Shown one piece after another: positions 1 through 6,909 of a DNA stretch of 38,334 bases (positions within the stretch are counted from its first letter, which is position 1; each line of letters starts with the position of its first letter). The DNA comes from an archaeon. GTDB taxonomy: Archaea; Undinarchaeota; CAZHTU01; JBDRCC01. Location: the NCBI GenBank assembly GCA_043822065.1, contig JBDRCC010000016.1, forward strand, positions 1-38,334, in the 5' to 3' direction. Below the pieces are notes generated by a model. It was not told where the DNA came from. It worked only from the letters and a program-made list of their open reading frames with translations, and made no database searches. Position numbers and translations under genes: made by a program.

Positions 1-976
1 CTCCCTGTCCTCTGTACCATTTTACAGTCCTCCCTATTCCTTCTTTAAGGTCAACCTTAGGATTGTATCCTAATTCGTTTTTCGCCTTTGAGATATCATA
101 TTCAAGATTCATAAGGATATTGCTGAGCCTTGACCTTGAAAGCGGCGGCTCGAATCCGAAAATCTTTGAAACGATTTCGAACCCAATGCCTGCGCTGTAT
201 GCAACTGCTACTGGGATGCGCATTTTCGGGAGCTTTACACCCATAGCATCTGCCACGGTCTGTGCAGCTTCCGTTTGGCTGTAAGATCTGTTGTCTGACA
301 AAATATACTTCTCGCCCCCCTTACCCTTCTTCTCTGCAAGAATAGCTCCACTAACAATGTCATCGACGTAAACAAAACACATCTTGTTCTTTCCGCTCCC
401 TATAACGCGATACGTTCCATCCTTTATTGCAAGGAACAGGCCCTTCATATTTGATAGATCATAAGGCCCGTAAACTAAGGCAGGCCGCACACTCATGGTG
501 TTGAACCCGTTTTCCTCGAAGTATTTCTTTGCAACTGCCTCTCCTTCGCCCTTACTCCTGCCGTAGTTATTGGTCGGCAGTAGGGGTGACTTCTCATTCA
601 AAGGCAGGGGCATTTTCCCGAAGCCAATTGCCGCGATGCTGCTGAAGTTTACAATTTTCTTGACACCTGCATTCATTGACACGCGGATTAGCCTTTCCAG
701 CCCTTCAACGTTAACCCCATGGTACTCTGCATAGGGAACGTTCGGTTCGTCCCTTATAGTGACTAAATGGTAGATAACATCAACGCCCTTGACCGCCTCC
801 TTTAGCGAATTTTCATCGAGTACATCGCCATAGCAGGTTTTCACACCCCATTTATCCAAGTACTTAGTATCACTCGTCTTTCTAATCATGGCTTTGACGT
901 CTCTTTTATCATCTAATAGCCTTCGCACAAGATTGGTTCCAATAAATCCGGATGCACCGGTGACAAGGACGTTCAT
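1..976 (-). CDS. NAD-dependent epimerase/dehydratase (extended SDR), 3' end runs off the window
   Basis: Absent from the ORF track because there is no stop in the window. Manual translation from ATG at 976 gives MNVLVTGASGFIG (TGxxGxxG), FSSIAA, YGRSK (YxxxK), RPALVYGP and ...YDISKAKNELGYNPKVDLKEG. GGAGG lies upstream and the start forms an ATGA overlap with the radical SAM stop. Confidence 0.9.
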   Translation of the reverse strand, partial: MNVLVTGASGFIGTNLVRRLLDDKRDVKAMIRKTSDTKYLDKWGVKTCYGDVLDENSLKEAVKGVDVIYHLVTIRDEPNVPYAEYHGVNVEGLERLIRVSMNAGVKKIVNFSSIAAIGFGKMPLPLNEKSPLLPTNNYGRSKGEGEAVAKKYFEENGFNTMSVRPALVYGPYDLSNMKGLFLAIKDGTYRVIGSGKNKMCFVYVDDIVSGAILAEKKGKGGEKYILSDNRSYSQTEAAQTVADAMGVKLPKMRIPVAVAYSAGIGFEIVSKIFGFEPPLSRSRLSNILMNLEYDISKAKNELGYNPKVDLKEGIGRTVKWYRGQG

Positions 977-2082
977 CTCATGCCTCCAAAGACCTTTAAC
1001 ATGGTTAGAGGACTACAAAGCACGTTGGTGTAGTTGGCATTTGCAAGCGGGCAGTAGCAGTTTTTGTGCTTAATGAACCTGCGTATCTCGTCTGCTTTCT
1101 CTGAGAACCAGACCCTGCGGAGATCATAGTCATTCTCTCGCAGGTTCCCCATGGACTTGGCTGAAATGCAGCATGCCCAGACATTTCCGAAGGGATCTAC
1201 GTGTCCAGACGCAATTCCAGCATAGCAGGGCAATATCTGCCTTTTTTCTGCTAAAACTTTCTTAACACTGTTATAGTACTCAAGCCGCAATGCTTTTATC
1301 ATCTTGTGAAAGCCCTTTGTCTTTTTCATTTCAGTAAGCATGCCATTCTCAACGGGATAAATGGCTTTCGCATACTCTTCTGCAGAGGGTGTGATGTCCA
1401 TGTTCATGGTATCCAGCTCAACCCTATTTTCTGCTGTTTCAGTTATGTACGAGTCAGGCTTTAGTTCCGTCATTACGAACTCGTAGATGTTCTTGATCTC
1501 CGGCAGATTCATCTTTGAGATTACAGTGTGGATCCCAAGCGTAAAATTGTCATGCCCCCCCTTGAGACTTTTCAGCCTGCCGTAAGTGTCTATCAGCTTG
1601 TCGAAGTTTCCGTTGATCCCCCTCATCTCGTCGTGCTTCTTTCCAATTCCATCAAGGGACAAATTGATGACGACCTTCGTGTCCTTGCATTCTTCCAGAA
1701 TCTGCGCGACTTTATCTTCAGTTCTCTTCGGCAACAGGCCGTTCGTCGGTATGTTAATGACTTCTGGATTAGTTCGTGTCGCGTAACTGCAGATGTCGAC
1801 AATATCCTTTCTCAAAAACGGTTCACCACCACTCAGAGTAAACCAGACCGTGGACTTGCCTAATTTATCAATTATCTCTTCATATTCGTCCGTCCGTAGC
1901 TCCTTTCCAGCCCTTTTAGTGTCTTTCTTGTAAAATTGCCAGATGTTACATGTCCTGCACTTGGAGTTGCAAGCAAAGGTCAGAGACAAGGTCAAATTGA
2001 CAGGGAGGAGTCTTGGCGACTTAAAACTTCTGTACGTCTTGTAGCCGAGACAATAAAGTCCAAGCATTGGTCCAAATCTCAT
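973..2082 (-). CDS. Radical SAM protein with C-terminal SPASM/twitch-type domain
   Basis: CNSKCRTC (CxxxCxxC), SGGEPFLR, IPTNG, LSLDG; C-terminal PCYAG...VDPFGNVWACC...CYC. No N-terminal B12-binding domain. Confidence 0.92.
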   Translation of the reverse strand: MRFGPMLGLYCLGYKTYRSFKSPRLLPVNLTLSLTFACNSKCRTCNIWQFYKKDTKRAGKELRTDEYEEIIDKLGKSTVWFTLSGGEPFLRKDIVDICSYATRTNPEVINIPTNGLLPKRTEDKVAQILEECKDTKVVINLSLDGIGKKHDEMRGINGNFDKLIDTYGRLKSLKGGHDNFTLGIHTVISKMNLPEIKNIYEFVMTELKPDSYITETAENRVELDTMNMDITPSAEEYAKAIYPVENGMLTEMKKTKGFHKMIKALRLEYYNSVKKVLAEKRQILPCYAGIASGHVDPFGNVWACCISAKSMGNLRENDYDLRRVWFSEKADEIRRFIKHKNCYCPLANANYTNVLCSPLTMLKVFGGMR

Positions 2083-2969
2083 TTCTTTTTAAGGTCCTTA
2101 GTTGTTTTTGATATCTCCCAGTTGTATGGGTTTCTCTTGAAGATATAAAAATCAATATCTGCAAGAAGTCGTATGTATACGTCGAGTGCAACGGCAAAAA
2201 CAGTCCACACTAACCTCTTAGGGCTAATCTCAGAATGTTTTATCAAATTTCTAACCACTCGAGTCTTTTTTTCAGTAGATGGCGAATAACCCTGCGTGTG
2301 CTTCAAATGCATATGGCCCAAATATATTCTTTTCCTTTGTTTGATAAAATCTCGAATTGTTTCAGGACCCTTGTTGTATATTTCAGAATCCTTGGCATAA
2401 GCAAGTTCATATCCCTTCTGAGTTATTATCGCCTCAATTGAAGCCTCATCGACTGCAGTTGTCATTGGAATATCCTTTACGAGATTTTTGAATGCTACAA
2501 TTTCTCCGAGTTTTGGATTCTCAAGTGCAACTAAGTGATGCAAGCCCCATACTAAATGAACCACGAACCCCATAAATGTCTCTTTATCATTCAGGGGAAT
2601 AGATTTTCCTCCGGTCATTCCGATATTCTCACGCTTCAATGGAGAAACAAGATTAGCAATCGTTTTCTTGTTCGCAGGGAGCGTGTCTGCACTTTGTAAT
2701 ACAAGTACGTCCCCCGTAGCCTTTTTCAGAAATAGATTAATTGCAGACGCTTTCCCTTCTTTCTTTTTCTGGCTAATCAGCTTGACTTTATTACTCTTTA
2801 TCATGAATTTTTTTATTATATCCTCCGTCCTATCTGTACTTCCGCTCGATACGACATAAATATCTTGGATTGTATCCCCTCTCTGCATTTTCTGTTCAAG
2901 AAGCCCACCTAATAGCTTTCCTATGTTCTTTTCTTCATTATAAGCACAAATCCCAATACTGACTCTCAT
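2079..2969 (-). CDS. Glycosyltransferase family 2 (CESA-like, QxxR motif), low GC
   Basis: MRVSIGICAYNEE, SSGSTDRT, SAD, VDE, KQRKRI. Start moved to ATG 2969, which overlaps the upstream stop (ATGA). Confidence 0.88.
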   Translation of the reverse strand: MRVSIGICAYNEEKNIGKLLGGLLEQKMQRGDTIQDIYVVSSGSTDRTEDIIKKFMIKSNKVKLISQKKKEGKASAINLFLKKATGDVLVLQSADTLPANKKTIANLVSPLKRENIGMTGGKSIPLNDKETFMGFVVHLVWGLHHLVALENPKLGEIVAFKNLVKDIPMTTAVDEASIEAIITQKGYELAYAKDSEIYNKGPETIRDFIKQRKRIYLGHMHLKHTQGYSPSTEKKTRVVRNLIKHSEISPKRLVWTVFAVALDVYIRLLADIDFYIFKRNPYNWEISKTTKDLKKK

Positions 2970-4600
2970 TTTTTGAAATACTCCAGCGTCCTCCCAAGAC
3001 CTTTTTCCAAAGGAACAGTCGGTATCCAATTTAGCATTTCTTTTGCTTTTGAAACATCTGGCTGTCTCTTTGTCGGATCATTTTCTGGGAGTGGACGGTA
3101 CATAAGTCGTGATTTTGATTTAGTCATCTTCTTTACCATCAAAGCCACATTCTTTACAGAAAATTCATCACAATTACCCATGTTGAAAACTTCGCCAGAA
3201 TATCTCGAATACATTAATCTCTTTATACCATCTACTAAGTCAGTAACATAACAAAAACTTCTAGTCTGGGTGCCTTTGCCGTATATTGTAATCGGCTTGT
3301 TCGTCAGCGCCTGGTTCACTATGTTCGGGATGAGCCTGCCGTCGTCCTTCTGCATCCGCGGACCGTATGTGTTGAAAATCCTTACTATCCTAACGTCAAG
3401 CCCGTACTTCCGCTCGTATGACTTGACCAGCGCCTCCGAAAACCTCTTGCCCTCATCGTAGCAGCTTCTTACTCCGATTGAGTTGACATTTCCCCAGTAT
3501 TCCTCCCTCTGCGGGTGCTGCAGCGGCTCGCCGTATACCTCCGACGTCGAGGCCTCAAGGAACCTCGCGCCCTTCTTCCTGGCAAGCTCAAGGAAGTTTA
3601 GGGTGCCTACTGAGTTAGTCAGCATAATGTCAATCGGGTACTTGTAGAAGTCCACGGGGCTCGCCCTTGACGCCATGTGGAAAACATAATCTACCGTACC
3701 TGGGTAATCGAACTTCTCCTTGACATCGTGCTTTACGAACTCGAAGTTTTTGTTCCTAAGGAGATGCCTTATGTTCTTCTTTCGCCCCGTGCTCAGATTG
3801 TCGACGCAGACGACTTTGAGCCCGTCGTCTAGAAGCATCTCGCAGAGGAATGAGCCTATGAACCCCGCCCCTCCGGTCACTACTGCAGTCCCGCCCCTCA
3901 GAAGCGCCTCTGCAATGTCAAGGTCTATGAAATTTCCTGTGTCCTTCCACCAGCCAGTTATCCGAATCGGATTAATCCTCTTGCCGGCTGAGACCATCAT
4001 CTGGAGGGTGTCCGTTATCTCGTACTCCCCTCTCTTGGACGGCTTAAGCCTGCCTATGAACCTAAACACATCTGGTCCGGAAAAAAAGTATATGCCCGTT
4101 ATCGCGAGGTTTGAAGGCGGGACACTTGGTTTCTCCACGAGCCGCTTAATTCTCCCCTTTTGTATCTCGGCTACTCCGAGTTCCTTCGGGTTGTCGACCT
4201 CCTTGAGGACAATGCTAGAAACTGCGCCAGACTTTTCATGCTCCACCTTGAGCCGCTTTATACTGTCCTGGAAGATGTTGTCCGAAAGGAGAAGCACAAA
4301 AGGCGACTCACCGACGAAACTTTTTGCATACGAAAGTGCGTGTGCTATGCCCAACGGTTTTGGCTGCCGGGCATACGTTATCCTTACTCCAAACTTGGAG
4401 CCGTCACCGAAATATGCGCGTATCTTCTCCCCATATCTTCCAGTTACGATGCATATCTCGCGGATTCCAGCCCGCTTCAGCTTTTGCACGGAATACCAGA
4501 GAAGCGGCTTCCCGTTTATCTCGACCAAAGCCTTCGGCTTGTTAAGCGTAAGTGGCCTGAGCCTTTTCCCAAGGCCCGCCGCAAGTACAACACCTTTCAT
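2966..4600 (-). CDS. Fusion protein: sugar-1-phosphate nucleotidyltransferase (aa 1-~235) + UDP-glucuronate decarboxylase (UXS)-like SDR (aa ~237-544)
   Basis: N-terminal part has LAAGLGKRLRPLT..KPK, VEKP, RGEYEITD and WKDTG. C-terminal part has TGGAGFIG, ASTSEVYG, EEYWGNVN, YDEGKR, RIFNTYGPRM, QTRSFCYV and DPTKRQPD. One uninterrupted frame. Confidence 0.9.
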   Translation of the reverse strand: MKGVVLAAGLGKRLRPLTLNKPKALVEINGKPLLWYSVQKLKRAGIREICIVTGRYGEKIRAYFGDGSKFGVRITYARQPKPLGIAHALSYAKSFVGESPFVLLLSDNIFQDSIKRLKVEHEKSGAVSSIVLKEVDNPKELGVAEIQKGRIKRLVEKPSVPPSNLAITGIYFFSGPDVFRFIGRLKPSKRGEYEITDTLQMMVSAGKRINPIRITGWWKDTGNFIDLDIAEALLRGGTAVVTGGAGFIGSFLCEMLLDDGLKVVCVDNLSTGRKKNIRHLLRNKNFEFVKHDVKEKFDYPGTVDYVFHMASRASPVDFYKYPIDIMLTNSVGTLNFLELARKKGARFLEASTSEVYGEPLQHPQREEYWGNVNSIGVRSCYDEGKRFSEALVKSYERKYGLDVRIVRIFNTYGPRMQKDDGRLIPNIVNQALTNKPITIYGKGTQTRSFCYVTDLVDGIKRLMYSRYSGEVFNMGNCDEFSVKNVALMVKKMTKSKSRLMYRPLPENDPTKRQPDVSKAKEMLNWIPTVPLEKGLGRTLEYFKK

Positions 4601-6108
4601 TATCCAACACCATACTTAAGGACCGTCTTTCCAGAATCTCTTATGGATTTCAGGTCCTCAGTTATGTTTCTCATGTCTACAAGAATTTTATACTTTCCTC
4701 TTGTGAAATCCACCGAGTAAAACTCAGTATGGTCTGAGACGATTATTATTGCGTCAACGTCAAGGCTCTCGCCGAACTCCAAATGCGCCCCAAACTTCTC
4801 CTGGTCCTCTGCCGGAACCCACGGATCGTAAACATAGACCTCGGCGCCGTTCCTCTTAAGCTCTTCCGAGATAAACTTTGCTCCGGTAAGCCGCGTGTCG
4901 TCAGTGTTCCCCTTGAACGCTACCCCATACAGGCAGACCCGCATACCCTTTACCTCTTTACCCAGCTTCTTCGCGCCTTTCTTGAGGAGCTCTATGGAGT
5001 GGAATGGGACGTATTCGTTGAGCTTCCTGCCAGCCATTATGACGTTCTTTTCCTTAAGCTCGTCTTTCATTGGCTCGGCTACGTAATACGTATCCTCCGG
5101 CAGGCAGTGGCCGCCGACCATCCCTGGCTGGAATATCCTGGTCTTTGGCAGGGTGTTCGCCGCGTTTATCACCTGGTATACGTCCAAGCCGTGCTTCTCG
5201 CAGAACATTGCGAAATCATTCGCTATCCCTATGTTGCAGTCCCTGTACGAATTCTCGAAAACCTTGGATGCCTCAGTTATCCTAGGGCTGTCGAACATGA
5301 AAACCGGCGCGCCAAGGGTGTCGAACAATGCCTTGGCAATAATGTTAGCATCTTTGCTCTTCGACCCGACAGTCCGCGGGAGCTCCTTGAAGTCCTTTAT
5401 TGCGCGGCCCTCTGCAATCCGCTCCTGCATGTGGCACATGCCAAACTTCCGCTTCGTTAGCTTTTTCATAAGCTCTTCAGCCTCGTCAGTCGCGCCGACC
5501 GGGACCGTTGACTTGTTTATTATGACATCCCCGTCCTTTTCAAGGGCCTTAGCTATGTCCTCGCAAACCTTCAGTACTATGGAATAGTCGTCGGCATACG
5601 TGGGCACGGTTATCACGTGGATGTCCGTCTTCTTGGTCGCCTCAATGTTATCCTCAGTTATCTCGTAATTTCCGCTCTTCAGGGCTTCCTTGAGGTAATC
5701 TTGGAGGGTTTTGAGCTTTCCTTTTACGTCCACAGTCTCATGCTTTATCATGGGTATGCCTTCTACGATGTCAAAGCACCGGAGGCACATTGGGCAGAAA
5801 ACGTGCTTTTTGTACTTAAACAGGTTAACGCTGTCTATGGTGCACTTCTGGGGAATCTCCTTTGCACCCTGCTTCAAAAGGGAGTTCGGGTCAGTCTCAT
5901 CTATCGGGCATATGCCCTTCCTTATCCTCTCAATCGCCTTTTTGTCCTTCGTCACGCCGACAACCTTAATCCCTTCTATGGCAAACAGGATAGAAAGGGG
6001 CAGCCCTACGTAGCCCTGTCCATGAACCGAGACAGATATGTCTCCTTTCTTGAGCTTTTCAATAAACTTTTTTGGATTATCAGCTAATTCCATCACATCT
6101 ATTGGCAT
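4600..6108 (-). CDS. Nucleotide-sugar 6-dehydrogenase (WecC/WbpO/Ugd family) with a Cys-rich insertion
   Basis: GQGYVGLP, ITVPT, KSTVPVG, ERIAEG, EASKVFENSYRD (catalytic Lys), GGHCLP (catalytic Cys), GVAFKGNTDDTR and YDP. Confidence 0.92.
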   Translation of the reverse strand: MPIDVMELADNPKKFIEKLKKGDISVSVHGQGYVGLPLSILFAIEGIKVVGVTKDKKAIERIRKGICPIDETDPNSLLKQGAKEIPQKCTIDSVNLFKYKKHVFCPMCLRCFDIVEGIPMIKHETVDVKGKLKTLQDYLKEALKSGNYEITEDNIEATKKTDIHVITVPTYADDYSIVLKVCEDIAKALEKDGDVIINKSTVPVGATDEAEELMKKLTKRKFGMCHMQERIAEGRAIKDFKELPRTVGSKSKDANIIAKALFDTLGAPVFMFDSPRITEASKVFENSYRDCNIGIANDFAMFCEKHGLDVYQVINAANTLPKTRIFQPGMVGGHCLPEDTYYVAEPMKDELKEKNVIMAGRKLNEYVPFHSIELLKKGAKKLGKEVKGMRVCLYGVAFKGNTDDTRLTGAKFISEELKRNGAEVYVYDPWVPAEDQEKFGAHLEFGESLDVDAIIIVSDHTEFYSVDFTRGKYKILVDMRNITEDLKSIRDSGKTVLKYGVG

Positions 6109-6133
6109 TGGTTTAAAAAGTAGCTTCTGAGGC

Positions 6134-6150
6134 TATATATAATTAACGTA
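6134..6150 (-). promoter_or_regulatory. Archaeal TATA box for the leftward operon starting at 6108
   Basis: TTATATATA on the minus strand (6142-6134), about 26 nt before the ATG at 6108. Confidence 0.55.
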
Positions 6151-6848
6151 CTTGGCAGAGGGTATAGCTAATCCTCAGTGAAAGCAGTTCTAAAAATATG
6201 CCTATTACCGTATGCGCCTTTATCTTGCTCCCTCCAACATGCCTCCAAGTTATTGGCAGTACGCTCACCTTGTAACCAAACTTCTTTGCAAGGTAGAGGA
6301 CCTCAACATCGAAAACCCATCTTTTGCTCCGCAGGCTGCCGAAAATTCTTTTGCCGGCGTCCCTCCTGAATCCCTTAAACCCGCAAAGCGAGTCGTACAT
6401 CTCTATCCTGAACATCGAGTTCGCAAGGAAATTAAATATCCTCCCCACAAATATCCTGCTTGCTGGCTGCCTTTTTGGTACTGTGCTCTTTTCGTGTATC
6501 TTGCTCGAGACGACCACGTCTGACTTATCCAGCTCCTTTGACATCCTATCAATCTCCGGCGGCTTTATCGAGCCGTCAGCGTCTATGAACATTATCTTCT
6601 TCCCGGAAGCGATGCCAACGCCGGTTTTTACCGCCGCGCCCCTTCCCCTTGTTCTGCCCATGCTTTGCGACTTTCTTCCCCCCATACTTAAAACCCTCTA
6701 TTACCTTTAAGGTCCCGTCTGTGGAGCCGTCATCGACGAAAATTACCTCTATCGATCTCCCCGTTAGGAACCTAGAAAGCTCTTCCAGAAATGGGGGAAG
6801 CCGCTTCTCCTCGTTATAGCAAGGCACTATCAAAGAAATCTCAGCCAT
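6143..6848 (-). pseudogene. Dolichyl-phosphate glucose/mannose synthase-like GT2 split by a 1-nt frameshift (or a sequencing error)
   Basis: ORF 6576-6848 gives IVPCYNEE..VDDGSTDGT..HGQNKGKG, and ORF 6143-6685 continues AAVKTG..FIDADG..DSLCGFKGF..FDVEVL. Removing one base from the C4 run at 6639-6642 restores a 234-aa frame reading NKGKGAAVKTG. Confidence 0.85.
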
Positions 6849-6909
6849 CTTAGCCTAAGGGATTTTAATATCAAATCTCTCTTAAATAGGTTAAGTCATT
6901 CGTAACACC

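Noticed and set aside
973-2082. A B12-dependent radical SAM methylase that would explain the cobalamin transporter
   Set aside because: CxxxCxxC sits at about aa 38, leaving no room for an N-terminal cobalamin-binding domain.
3720-5587. + strand ORFs of 299, 186, 225 and 144 aa
   Set aside because: They are antisense to the well-supported fusion and dehydrogenase genes and have Ser/Pro-rich shadow-type composition.
5710-5895. The dehydrogenase insert as a mini-intein
   Set aside because: It is too short (about 60 aa) and lacks the C-terminal HN/C-S-T splice motif.
6630-6650. Programmed -1 ribosomal frameshift
   Set aside because: Frame restoration needs a +1 shift, and I saw no X XXY YYZ heptamer or clear downstream structure.
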